This document shows positions 10,701 to 23,700 of a stretch of DNA of 64,000 nucleotides, in pieces. The position numbers were made by a program, and so were the translations under genes. The stretch is from assembly GCA_000004985.1 (NCBI GenBank), contig GG738905.1. One strand, 5' to 3'. The notes beneath the pieces are model-generated. The model saw only the letters and a program-made list of their open reading frames with translations, had not been told where the DNA came from and searched no databases. The first letter of the stretch is position 1. Each line of letters opens with the position of its first letter. This DNA comes from Naegleria gruberi. Lineage: Eukaryota.

Positions 10701-12705
10701 CTCTCATGCCGTTGTTGTTATTGCTGCTACTACTTGTGTAGCTCTTTGTTATGATGAGTTCTCCGTGTGTTTTATCTGATCTTTCATTATCTGAGTTGTT
10801 GTTATTGGATGAAGAATGTTGTGAGGATGGTTTGAATTTGAATTCTTCCTGATATTGAGCGAACATTTTCTGAATGGCATGATCTTCCTCATTGTCTATA
10901 AGGAGATTGTGGAAAGCTAGGTCGCATTCATTGGATAATCTTTGAATTTGTTGAACAATAGTGTCAACAGCAACAGAGGCCAATAAATTCTTCCAAAATT
11001 GGACAATTAGTAATCTAAGCATTTTGATTCTACGCTTCGTTCCCTCCATAATGATATCAGAGGCTCCCGAAGATGAAGTTCTCCCTTCAGATAAATTCTT
11101 TTCCAACTCTTTTGTTCGAATATAGAGAGAATATTGAATGAAAATGTTGGCTCTCTTTTTCTCTGCCTTCTTAATCACTATTAAGGCAAGAAAGAAGTTT
11201 GGTATTTCCTTGTAGAACATGGAAATGAGAATTAAACTCTGAGCATCATGGACTTCTGATTTGTGAACGATTCTAATGGCATCATTTGCTAATTTCTTAT
11301 CCTCATCCGATCCTTTCAATGAAAATTTAATAAAAGTTGACAAGTAAGGCAACTCTCTCTGTGTTAACAGGACATCAGATCCACAATTTACAATTGCCTT
11401 AGCGAGATGCGACCCCCTCCTCTTCACAGACTTGGAATAGAATTCCAATATCAGAAATCCAATCACGAAAAAGATGATTCCCAAAACAAGAGGTGAAAAA
11501 GTCAATCCCAATCCAAATTCCCACATGTCATCCACGTTGATGAGAGTACTCACGAGTGAGGCAATTCCTACTCCAACTCGAGCAAATCCAATTCCACCAT
11601 AAACTGCATTGGCTTTCCTCCTCAAGAATGGTAAATCGACAAACATCAAGACAATAAATCCAATAGAAAGAACAATATAATAGACAGGTCTCAGGAAATT
11701 GACTATATGAGGAGTCACTCCTGCCACAATCAAGTACAATTGATTCGTTCCAATCAGATAGCTCATCACGAATGGATTCTCCAAAACAAATTTGGCCTTA
11801 CTCGCCACCATCGTATCACAAAATATCATGACCGCGCTCATAGTGATCAGAATTTGAATGATACAGAACAGTAAACTGATACTAGCCAATATACCATTCA
11901 TCGTGCCCCAGCATTCCACATTTCTGAAATTCCTCAATGCAAATGAAGGTGGAGCTCCCTGAACAATAGAAACCTTACTAGTAAAATCACAATCAAAGAA
12001 ACCTTGCATGAGACCATAGGTTATTGGCAGAGAGAGGAAGGTCATTAGGAAGAAGACAAATCTACCTCCAGTTCTGATCTTTTTCCAATAAGAGCTACCC
12101 AGAATGATGGATCGGTAGGTAATGTAAATAATCAGAAAGCAAATTGACTGCATCACAAAGACAATCACTGCCAATGCAATAAATCCTTCATAGGGCAAGT
12201 ATTGAAATCCCAATGTTCTTGGTATGAGTAATATGTTATAAATGTATCTGCCATATTCACCCCAATTATAATCGATGGCCACTCCTAGTGAAAGCGTCTG
12301 ATAGGCAATCAGCATGTGTATCGAGAGACACATGAGTGGATGCAATGGTTTTTCCAATTTGAGTGATTGAACAAACATGAATAGTTTCCTAGTGATGGCT
12401 CCTTGATTGTCTGTTTGTGAAGGTTGTGAATTCACACCAGACAGTTCATCAGAAATTACATTAAAGTAACCACCTCCTCCTGCTGTTGTTTTTGTTATTG
12501 CTGCTGCTTGATTCCCTGAAGCATTATTAAGACTACTAGTACTTCCATTGATGGGAAGGATTGAGTTGGAGCTGGGAGCTTCGGAGAGTCTGTTAGTCGA
12601 TCGTCTGGAGAGAAAATTCGACCTCGTCTTGAGATTCCTTCCACTATTACTAGTATGAAGTGTATTGTTATTGTTATTATTTGAATTTGAATTTGATTTA
12701 TCCAT
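7773..12705 (-). CDS. polytopic membrane class III nucleotidyl (adenylyl/guanylyl) cyclase with an internal PAS-like domain; 2 exons
   Basis: Exon 1 is 12705..~8110 and exon 2 is ~8063..7773. A 46-nt intron (gtaagttt...atcaaag) splits the cyclase motif ..YDVWSDAVN|TASRMES.. and the phases agree. The cyclase homology domain shows FSDIVG.., IKTIGSKYF, GIRVGINSGPIVAGVCG, YDVWSDAVNTASRMES and KGKGQMKTY. About 8 TM helices lie at the N-terminus with further hydrophobic segments mid-protein. PAS-like segment ERAILEAALTSAVICSSSGTIDIFNNASEKLFGF. Real ATG at 12705. Confidence 0.75.
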
Positions 12706-13739
12706 ATTGATGAAATCTGGATTATGTTGAATAGGAATTGTATTCTTCCTTAATGTTCTAATAACAAAATATATGAACAGTTCGTTTTAACTAATTAGCT
12801 AATTGATATACTACTATTCTGTGTCAAAATATTTCCTTAGTCGTTAAAATTTCAACAATTTATGCCGCCTACTAATAATTTCACCACTTTTTTGCAATTA
12901 TTTGCAATAATTAAAGGTTCTATTTTGAATAAATTGATGTATAATATTGATGCAAATGATGATAAAGGAAAGATGTAGTGAGCCAAATTTTACTCTTGAT
13001 GATAATAATTCTTTGCTTTTTGTTTTAATATTGAGCGAAGAATAAGCTAGCTTACAGGAGCTAGTTTGCACAGCTCAAAGATGCAACAACAGCTCCAACC
13101 ACAACAACACACCACCACCAAAACAGTAGAAGCCACTATATTTCATTTGGCTTAAATTCATGTTTAGAAGTCGGTGTGATACGTTTATGGAAACTCCATC
13201 ACCTTCAAGAGATTTGTTTTCCAAATGGCCTTATTTACAGCTCCTCAGATTTTCGCCTCAATTTGAAGTTCGGCCTTAGAGTGGCGCGTTTACCAATTTT
13301 GAGTTCATCATATGTGCAACAGCAAAGAGTGAAAGCTTGGCATGAGAATGCTGTTTGAACCTATCAGAGAAAAGATGTGCAATTTGAAACCCAACATCTG
13401 GTAATGTGAGGTTGTGAATTATTAATGTTGTTGTTGTTTTTTTAGTATCTCTTGATCAGTTGAGTTGTGGTAAAATATCATGATTGAAGTTTCGTGTGGT
13501 TAAAAGTGGAGTATTCTGTTATGGGCCATGTCTTGATTGGGATTGAAAATCCTTAATTCCACCTTTGAATAAGATCAGGTTTGATCAATTCAACCTGAAA
13601 TGGCTTGATAAACCATAAAGTGATTTTTGCAATTCATTAGAACCCATGAGATATTGCCTTATCAATAAAAGACAAAATCAAACAGTTGTTATTATTATTG
13701 TTGCTGTTTATTAACATAAATGATTAACATAGAGGCGTG

Positions 13740-14246
13740 TTAGATTGAATCAGAATCAATAGTATTATCGACATCATTGGATTCTTCATTCACTTGCTCA
13801 ACAAATTGAGACATGAGTAATTTCATACAACGACCCTTATCTTCCAATGAAAGTTTCTTGAATTGTTTCAAGATTTGCTTGACTGAATCTTGTGTACTTT
13901 CTGATGATTCCTTCTTCTCCTTCTTTTCCTTTTTTACTATAGTTGGCAGTGGAGATCCACTTAGTAAACAGTGAAGTGCCTTTAGCTTTTCCTTCTTGTG
14001 ATAATCTTGAACCTTCTCTTTGAAATCACTGTATTCTCCAATCTCCTTTCCATTCAAGCTGAATTTAATTCTATCAGCAACTTGGCCACTTGTTTTATAA
14101 TCTGTAACTTCATTGCAAAATTCTGTAATACTGTCCAGTGAATTATTTGCATAGTGAATATGACCATCGGAGGACAATACTGCCTTGTGATCAACTTTTG
14201 TGTAGGTGAGGCTTAACTGAATAACAGTAGGAGTGGATGATGACAT
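13740..14246 (-). CDS. hypothetical protein (168 aa), K/E-rich
   Basis: Real ATG. Single ORF with no recognised domain. Confidence 0.35.
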   Translation of the reverse strand: MSSSTPTVIQLSLTYTKVDHKAVLSSDGHIHYANNSLDSITEFCNEVTDYKTSGQVADRIKFSLNGKEIGEYSDFKEKVQDYHKKEKLKALHCLLSGSPLPTIVKKEKKEKKESSESTQDSVKQILKQFKKLSLEDKGRCMKLLMSQFVEQVNEESNDVDNTIDSDSI

Positions 14247-14397
14247 TTTTTTTGTGATTGATTGGATGAGTTGTGTAGTATCTTTTTTTATTCTAAAATT
14301 GTCTAAAATTAGAATTGATAAGGAATTCCCTTAATATTCAATCAAAACAAGAAATTGTGTGTCGAAATACAATAATTTACACTTTTGTAGAGATGAT

Positions 14398-15547
14398 TTA
14401 TTTCTCCCAACCATATCTTTGAGCAACTCTGAAGAAAGCTTCCTTAGCTTCGTGTTCAGAGTATGGGGAGGTGTTTGAGAAATCCAATTGAGCTTCACCT
14501 GCAACCATTTCAGATCTGATTTGAACAAAGATTGATTCAAGAGAACAGACTGAACTCCAACCAGAGCTAGTCAACAATTCCATACAAATGGAACCACCAA
14601 TAGTGACGTGACCAGTACGGAAGGCAAATCTTGGCTTGAGAACTCTGATGAATGGTGGCTTGAACGGGAATTCAAGAGGGAAGGTCAAATCCAATGTAAT
14701 GTAACTGGTTGTGTTAATCAATTTGAAATAAAGAGATACTTACTCGATACCATTCTTCTTCTTGTATTCTTGCAAATCCTTGGCAATTTTACCATCTTCC
14801 TTGATATCAAAATTGAAGAATCTGATTTCCCAATGGAAAAGATCATCATTGACAGGATTGGCACTAATACCAAACTTTTCAGTGTTAGCTTGTTTAATCT
14901 TCATATATTCCTTCATAATGCAATTAACACAACCTTCTGAGGCACCAGTTGGTTTTTTGAATTTCTTCTTCATTTCTTCAAATTCTGGATCATATCCTCC
15001 ACTTGATTGATGAGTAACTGGTTGGATTGGATCATCATCCATATCATCACCAATATCAATTTCAACTTCCTCTGGTTCTTCGTCACCACCATCTTCATCA
15101 CCCAACAAGGCAGATTCAACTTCCTTGTAGAGAGCAGTAGCCTTTTGTAAAATATCAGTGAGAGATCTCTTTCCACTTCCACAATAATCACTCAATGATT
15201 TGACAAATTTAACATCTCCAACTTCTTCCAAAAGATAGTATTGACTGGTAACTTTCTATCATGATCAAGAATTAAATTATAATAATTGATGTATTTGATT
15301 GATAATTGATGTTGATCAATTTAATAACAAATAGTACATAAACTCTCCATCATCATTCAAATACTAAATTACTTACGAATGAATCTCCATTCTTTGTTAC
15401 GGAAAAGTATGGATTATCTTCAGCATCTACTTCGCTATCTACAATGACAATAATCTTCTCATCAGTACTATTACTCTTCAAAGTCCAAGAGAAGGAATTT
15501 TCCTTTGGGTTGTTGATGAACTTTTCTGCTTCAGCCTTTAAACTCAT
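14398..15547 (-). CDS. UBE2Q-family ubiquitin-conjugating enzyme E2 (3 exons) with long N-terminal extension
   Basis: Exons are ~15547..15377, ~15255..14744 and ~14704..14398. Donor ttc|gtaagt and acceptor gatag|aaagtt (phase 0). Second intron is 39 nt, gtaagtatc...aaccag, phase 2. The C-terminus ICMELLTSSGWSSVCSLESIFVQI..YGWEK closely matches the UBE2Q UBC core with the catalytic Cys. An acidic D/E insert sits in exon 2. Confidence 0.65.
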
Positions 15548-15994
15548 CTCTGATCAATTCGTGAATTTTTTTTGCTGGAAATTACTTTTGGGTCTAAATT
15601 TAGCTCAGATTGCTTCTGTTGGAAAATTCAATATTGAACTGAACAATGAACCAGCTGTTAAATTTTGTAATGTATTGAAATTGATATCAAATAAATTTAA
15701 CATTTCATATTAGTTTTTAATATTAGTACTAGCCAACAGTAACCAATCAAAATTATTCAATATTTGGAGTTAAAAAACTCCACTGAATTCTTCCTCCGCA
15801 AAATGCACTCCTCATTACTTCTCCAATATTGACCAGCAGCATCTTTCCACTTCGATATCGATTCCAACAATGCCTAACCACATCGGAGAAGTAAATCAAA
15901 AAAGAATCTTGTCAATTTTTCAAATATTTTTCAAATTTTTGTTATTTTAAAATTTTCTCTCACAGAAAAATCATCAACACCAAAGATTATTAAC

Positions 15995-17812
15995 ATGTCC
16001 TTGCAAAGAAGTTTAGAAGCAATCAAGGGTTTGCATCCTGCTCCATTGTGGAATTACTTTGTCAAACTCTCCCAATGCCCACGTCCATCCAAGAAGGAAG
16101 AAAAGGCTATTGAATTTTTGAGAGCCTACGCTAAGGAAAATAACTTTGATATCAATGTTGATAATGTTGGCAATTGTTTGATCAAGGTTCCAGCTACTCC
16201 AGGCTATGAAAATACTCCAACTGTTGCTATTCAAGGACATATTGATATGGTTTGTGAGGTAGGTTTATTGTTGCTGTGTGGATTGTTTAAATGTTTGGAT
16301 TAATACTTTCATGTGATGATGAATTAATTTATTATTATTTATATATTTAAATATTTAATATATGTGATAATGTGATTTATAATCATCATGATGATAATGC
16401 AATTTCCATATTGAAAATCATGCAATTTCCTGTTGTTTCCATCAATTTATCTTCATCATCAATTTATATAGAAAAATGTAAGCTTTAACATTTGGAAGTT
16501 TTCTCATCACTCTATTACTCTAATCAAACTAATTTAAATTATTCATCATGCTATTTAATAATTATCATAATAGAAAACCACTCAACATGATTTTGACACT
16601 GATCCAATTACATTGATTCGTAGTCAAGATGGTGATTGGATTCATGCTGATGGTACTACTCTCGGATCTGACAATGGTATTGGTGTTTGTTGTGGATTGG
16701 CTCTTGCCACTGATAAGGATGTTGTCCACGGACCAATTGAATTGTTGTTGACCATTGATGAAGAAACTGGCATGTCAGGAGTTATGGCATTAAAGCCAGA
16801 ATTCTGTACTGCCAAGTATTTGTTGAATTTGGATGCTGAAGAACTTGGTGCTTTCTATGTTGGTTGTGCTGGTGGTCAAGATACTACTGCTTCTTTCGAT
16901 ATTGTTGAAGAAGAATTGGTTGACTCATCTTCATTTGAACAAGTTTCAATTATGGTTTCTGGTTTGAAGGGTGGTCACTCTGGTATTGATATTCACACTG
17001 GACGTGGTAATGCCATTAAATTGTTGGCCAGAACTTTGAAGCATGTTTTGGATGAAGTTCCATCTGATAATCTCAAAGTTTTCTATATTGAAGCTGGTAG
17101 TAAGAGAAATGCAATTCCAAGAGAAGCTTGGGTTAATGCCTATGTCAAGAAGGATAAATTGGAAGCTGTTAAGGAAAGAGTTGCTGCTTTTGAAAAGTTA
17201 GCTGTTTCTGAATTCAGTGTTCCAGAACCAAACTTGAAGATTTCTGTTGGTCCAGTTGAATCTGCCACTACTTCTACTAAGGTCTTTGCTAGTGAATTCT
17301 TGTCCAAATTGATTTCAGTCATCTTTGCTGTTCCTCATGGTGTTTTCCAAATGAGTCCAGTTATTGAAGGTCTCGTTGAAACCTCTACCAACTTGGCTAT
17401 TGTCAATACTCGTGATGGTAAGATTGAATTCTGTACTTCTCAAAGATCAAGTGTCAACTCTGCCAAGAACTACGCTGCTCACAGTGTTGCTTCTGTCTTT
17501 GCCTTGTCAGGTGCTGACGTCAAACACTCTGATGGTTATGTTGGATGGCAACCAGATATGAATTCTCCACTCCTCAAGTTATGTAAGGATGTTTACACTG
17601 AAAAGTATAAGGCTACTCCAGAAATTAAGGCTATTCATGCTGGTTTGGAATGTGGTTTGCTCTTGGAAACTTATCCAAACATGCACATGATTGCTTATGG
17701 TCCAACCATTGTTGGTGCTCACTCTCCAGACGAAAAGGTCAGAATTGCTGATGTTGCTCATACTTATGAATTGACCAGTGCTATTTTGGAAGCTATTGCC
17801 AAGAGTCAATAA
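15995..17812 (+). CDS. Xaa-His (aminoacyl-histidine) dipeptidase, PepD-like M20C family; 2 exons
   Basis: Exon 1 is 15995..16258 (..IQGHIDMVCE|gtaggt). Exon 2 is 16574..17812 (ataatag|AAAACC, KTTQHDFDTDPITLIRSQDGDWIHADGTTLGSDNGIG). Phase 0 on both sides agrees with the ORF-table frame; intron ~315 nt. Motifs HIDMV, TTLGSDNGIG and IDEETGMSG are the PepD metal and catalytic signatures. Length ~500 aa, as in bacterial PepD. Confidence 0.8.
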
Positions 17813-17981
17813 ATTGTAATTTCCACATCATTTATTAATATCAAATCAGGTCTTTTTCAAGAGTTTAAATTTCAATTCATGTCTTTCTAATTCATTCGAA
17901 TTGAATGAAATTGTGAGCTAAAAGTCTTTTGGTTAGCTGTACAGTAAATTATTCCACCATCTTATTTAAATGATAACATCA

Positions 17982-18365
17982 TTATTCCTCATCCTCGTCT
18001 TCTTCATATCTGTAACGTTGTCTCTTTTGGAGCTGTCTCTCATATTCTGCTTGATAAACTTGACGAAGTTGTTCATCTTGAATTTCCTCAGGTTTTATAA
18101 TTGGTTTTCCTTGATTCGTTCTTTCTACATTTTCCTTGTAAATCTATTGTGAAAATTAAATTCCGAAATAATTCCAAATATTAAAAACGACATCAAATGT
18201 GAAATCCAAAGTTGATGTCACCAAATTTTTAAAAACACCTACTGAATAAAGAGGATTTTCATTGGCTTTCTTATCTAACCATTGTTTACTCCACTTGTTA
18301 ATTTGCAGCGAGAGGAACACTACTCCGATGACTGATAGTGGAGCAGCTACTGTGACAACCTTCAT
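17982..18365 (-). CDS. small single-pass membrane protein with charged C-terminus (2 exons, ~95 aa)
   Basis: Exon 1 runs MKVVTVAAPLSVIGVVFLSL..ENPLYS|gtaggtg. An ~100-nt intron ends cacaatag. Exon 2 is IYKENVERTNQGKPIIKPEE...RYEEDEDEE*. Phases are consistent. Confidence 0.35.
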
Positions 18366-18491
18366 CCATGTCTTCGGTTTTTGCATTTTTTTTGAATTGT
18401 ACAAGTTTTTGATTGAATCAATTAATTTATTTTTCTTTGGAGGTTATTCCTGTTTAAGGTTGATAGACAAGCAAAAGTTAAATAATGTGGT

Positions 18492-19923
18492 TTATTGATA
18501 GACAATTGTGGCTGATTTGGCAGCATACTCAACCAAGTTATGCTCGTTTTCGCCAACACCAAATGAGGTTTCAATAAATGCACACAACATTACGTTAAGA
18601 CCCTTAGGTTTAAAAATGTATAGCAAATGGTCAACTTCTGCAAAACCAATCCTCTTTACAAAATGGAAGTGGTATCGCGAAACTGAATCGAATGCACTAG
18701 CTCCAAATTTTGATGTGGCATCTTCATCCCTTACAATTGTCTCAATGCCATTGAAAGCATCATGGCTCAATTTGTGGAATAGCATATTTTCATATAGACC
18801 TTTTGTAAATTCGTAATCTTCATCTGTACATGAACTAATTTTCTGATAAACTATGGAGAGAATTTCAATTTGATCAGTTTCAGGACCGAGGCATCTGGTA
18901 GACCAAAATTCTGCTTCATAGTGGCTATGGCTATCCTTATTTACAGATTGTGCTTTCTTTACAATCCAATCGGCTGGAAGAAGAATGGTCAAATTCTTGC
19001 TTACAGATCTCTTTGTCCATCCCTTTACAAATTCATCAACATCAGAATTTTCCACAACAGGACGACTATTCGAGACGACACTATTACCATCCCAGTGACC
19101 TAATTCAATTCGAGCATGCTTATTACTCTCTTCGAGTAATAATGCTGCTGTAAAATGTTCGTTACGAATAATTTTAACTGATGCCTCAAGAGCTCCAGAG
19201 ATAGAGTTATCCTCCCTCAAAGAAGATAAATTTCCTTGTGATGCACTAGCCCTCAATTCGTGAGAGTCTGTATCTGGAGTACCGTTTGTATGATCAATTG
19301 TTGAACTATTGGAAGAAGTTGGAGAGCCAGGTCTAGAATTATGCATTCCCTTCATAGCAATCTTGATCGATTTTTCCACGTTCACACAACTCAAATCATC
19401 CCCATCCACATAAAAATCTCCTTCTGCAATCTTTTTATCCTTTCTCAATGTATGGGACTCCATTAATGTGAACCAAAATTTAATTCCATGCTGAGAACAT
19501 TCAATGGATGGAAAATCAAATTCTAATCACCATTAAATAATCAATATTGGAATCCAATATAAATTCAAAACAACTCTCAAAGAACTTACCTTGATTCCAA
19601 TTAAATACAAATTCATCTGTTTGATCATTGATCTTGACTTGAACTCCTGAAATATTATCATGAGATTCAATTGGTGTTGAGGCACATGATTCGGGATCAT
19701 AGGTTGACAATGCCTCATGACTATTTACACGATCCATTCCCAAATTTTCCAAACAAGGTGTCGATTTAACCTTAACAACTGTCTGTTTGTGACTCTTTTG
19801 ATCACAATGATGAGTTCCAGCCTGTTGTACCATCAAATAACATTTTCGTGGCAAATCCGCATGAGGAGCAAAGTGTCCAGCAAGAACTCGAAAATGTATT
19901 GAATCACCCTTAGCAAATACCAT
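18492..19923 (-). CDS. hypothetical protein, 2 exons (~450 aa), S/T-rich central region
   Basis: Exon 1 is 19923..19590 (donor caag|gtaagttc, phase 1). Exon 2 is 19522..18492 (acceptor gattag|aatttg). The ORF-table frames join correctly. No domain recognised. Confidence 0.45.
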
Positions 19924-20705
19924 CTTGTTTATATTCGATTGATGATGATCGTATTCGATTTTTCAAAATTCTCTCAAAATTCTCTATTATAATACTCTTT
20001 TGAATAATATTTGTACTCTACTACAAGTAACAAGTAAACTGTTCCGCAACTACTTTTTGATGAAATAATAATAGAGTTTCAACTGTTCGGAAAAAAGCGA
20101 GGGAAATTTCCAAAGACTTGTTTTGAATTTTTTTTTTGTGATTGTTGTTAGAGCGATAATATTCGTAACCGTTCATCTATGCATAGTTTCTGTTATTTGT
20201 CCGCCAAGAATCGCATTAAATGGGACAATTTGTCTTGTATTGGAGGGTAGACACAAGACGGCGAAATGGTGCATTGATGACATTTGGCAGTTTTAAAGTG
20301 AGGAAATAAGGGAAATGAAAATATCTTTTCCATTTCTCCTATCAATAATCTAATTGAATTTAGTTTACAACAGTTTACAATGAAATGCAAATTTAAGGTT
20401 ATATATAGTTGAATGCTTACTAAGATGAAGGTACTAGATAATACTAATAATTGATAGAAAATACTGGTACTCGATTCATTTCATCCTCTATCTAACTGTT
20501 TGAAAATTGTTATTTTTGGGTTGGATTAATTTTCCATAGAGGTTTCGAATTTCTGCAAAAAAGTTCTTTTTCTAATCTAGAGCACTCTTTACTTTCAAAA
20601 ATGAATTTCATTCATAAAAAGAACATTTGATTTTAAGTGTTAATAATAATTAAATATTAAATAGTCATTTGTAATTTATTATTTAAAAAAATAATTTTAA
20701 AAAAA

Positions 20706-23700
20706 ATGGACTCACACAATATCAGAGTTTTTCAATCACAAGATATTTTGTGCCCACACGATCTCGGACAGCCCTACTGCAGTGCTGCGAGTGATAGTTT
20801 ATTCTGGGTCGCATACAATGGAATTGTCAAAGGCTACTCGACACAAACAACACAGAAAGAGTTTCATTGCCTTTATGAATTTCAGCCTTTGTGGAATCAA
20901 GTGGATGCTATTCATTATTTGCCAGATATTAGGAGAGTAATTACGGTGGAAAGGAGAGTTTTATATTCATCATCTTCATCATCATTGAATGGAGGAGCAA
21001 CAATAACATCCTCTCCGATGAATAATAGTTTAAATGTTTTGGCAACATCATCAAATTTGACGGATTTTAAATCAAATCTCACGAGTGTTAATAATAATAA
21101 CAGTCAGGGAACAAATGGTGGAGTGAGTGTGGAGCAATGTTGTAGAGTTTATCATTTTGATTATGATAAGAAGGAGAGAAAGACAATAATTACACCTTCT
21201 ACATTACCGATTCAACATTTTACGACATTTGCTAGTGGAGATTCTTTAAATAGTGAATTGCTTATTTCTGTCTGTACATATAGTAATCAACTGTTGACTT
21301 GTGTGAAGGATGTTATTTCATTGTGGAAATTTACAAATCATGATACATCTGTTTGTGTGTTAAAACTTCACACTTCTTGGAATGTCAAGTGTATTTCTGT
21401 TTTTAACCAATTTATTGGGTACGGAACAACAAAAGATGTCCGTGTTGTGGAATTAAAATTAAAAGACAGTCAAAAGTTTGAATTTGTGGAGAATATTCAA
21501 GAGGATGACCTCATGGAAGAAGCTGAATTACAAAACAATGCAGAAATTCTCAACACTAAAAATCTATCACTATTGGATATTCAAAAGAAAATTCAATCAA
21601 GAATTCAGGATCAATTTATTGGACCAACTATTGAAACTCAATCCACACCAACCAGTACTTCCATTCTACAAAGGCAAAGAAATGGATCTGGTCCCCTCAC
21701 AAACAAGACAATGGCCATGTATTGGGGTAAAAGTCAATTGGAATCTAGTGACGAAATACAAATTCGTCTCGATATGGCAACCAAAGAATTACTTCCTTCT
21801 CCAGCCACTCAGAAATACAGTGAGGCTGTAGCAATAACACCTGAGGATAGAAAGAAGAAAAAGACTGCCATTACATTTTCAACTAATATTGCCTATGATA
21901 TTGTTGGAGAAACCACAACAGTCGATCACCCAGCTTTTGTAAATACTCACTACATGTAAGTTATCAATATTATTGACCTATGAATTTGTTTATTCATTAA
22001 TAATTACAGTGAGGCTTGTACCAATTTACTTCACAAACATTTCACCGATGAGGAAAGTCCAAGATCTATTCACTTTCTTCAAAACATTGCTCAAAAGAGA
22101 GACTTTAATCAAAATACAGGCATGAAATGTATTTTGAGTACTTCAACTTGTGGTTATGTTTATGGATTATCGAGTCCTCAACAATTACTTTGCGAATTTG
22201 AATATACAGGAGAATGCTTAATGAGTGCTGTCAATTCATTGTTCCTTTATGCTATTACACCAGTAGGATTGGAAATTTGGTCAGTTCTTGGCAGTAATAA
22301 TGGTTGCCTTCTCAGGTTCCATCCTTTCATTGGTCTCAAGAACGTCTCTGCCACAGACAAGCATGTCATTCTTCTCTCCAAGATGAGCAGCAACGAGAAT
22401 GTTTCCATTGCTGCCTATTATAACCAACAGACAGAGAAGACTGTTCTCGTGTCTGACATGAGAAGCATTGAGAAAGTCAGTAGAGCTTCAACAGCCAAAG
22501 AGGGTTCAAGAAGTGGCTCACTCCTACCAATTTTCAGTGCAAGAAGAAAAAAGGAAGAACCAAAATCCACAGCCCAACCAGTTGTTGAAGAATTTTCCTA
22601 TAACATTTATGCCCTGAACTCGGTAGAATTATGTGAAATTTATGAAGACATGCTCGAACATGCCATAATGTACAAGACCCAAGATAATGCCAAGTATATG
22701 AAACTTTTGAAGGAATCTCACAGCTTATTGCAATCAAAATATTTTGAACTTTTAGCAAAGGAAAAGAAATTGGATAGACCAGAGACAGATCCGGTCATTA
22801 TTTTAAAAACAAGAGTGGACTTGCAAAACTATACTACATTATTGAAGAGATCATTCGGATTAATAGGTGATACCTATGTTTCTGCTGGACAAATCGATAA
22901 GGCAGCCTATGCTTATTCGAATAGTGACAGACCAATCGATAATGTCTTTGAGAATTTGTCTGTTAGAGAAGAATCTCTTCTTCTCTTCCTGGATCATGTT
23001 CTCTTTGATAATGACATTAGCAATATGGAGAAGGTTTGCTCAGAAGAATTGGGTGATAAAATACTCTCCATTTACAGGCAAAGAACGCCACACAGATTGT
23101 CCAATGTCATCTTATCTGGTAGTATTAACTTTTCCAAGAGTCATGCCATCTCACTATTGCATGAAATCAGTGAAGAATATATCAAGGCTCAACAGACTGT
23201 TTCTCAACTTGAAATGAGTCAAGGAGAGCAAAACTGCATTGGAGAACAATCTTGGTTTGATATCATGCCTAAAGATGCAATTGTTCTTTCATTGATGCAA
23301 TTGAACAATGGAGAAGCTGAGCAAGCTATTACAATTTTAAGGTCTGTGGAAGGCAACTGTTTGGTTGACTTTTTGATCAATTATCCAAACTTGTTAACTT
23401 CACCAAGCGAGCCATTCTCCTTGTTTGCAAAAACTATTAGAGAATATGCTCCATGGTGTTTATTGGAAGCCCTTGTACGTTTGACCTCTGCTAATTGTTG
23501 TCCATTAGAAACTCAACACGTTCTCAATTTGCTGAAGGGAGAAGAAATCAAATTTACAGCTGAAGAACTTCCAATTACACCTCTTGTGATGCAACAAATC
23601 TACTTGTCCTCACTACTTATTGCTGGCGATTATACAAATGAGAAAATACTAATTGATAATGCTCTCCTATTACTCAAAGTATTCATATCGGAATTGGAAC

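Noticed and set aside
14608-15010. Plus-strand ORFs 14608..14940 and 14762..15010 overlapping the UBE2Q gene
   Set aside because: Antisense to exons with clear UBC homology.
16013-16240. Minus-strand 75-aa ORF inside PepD exon 1
   Set aside because: Antisense to a conserved catalytic exon.
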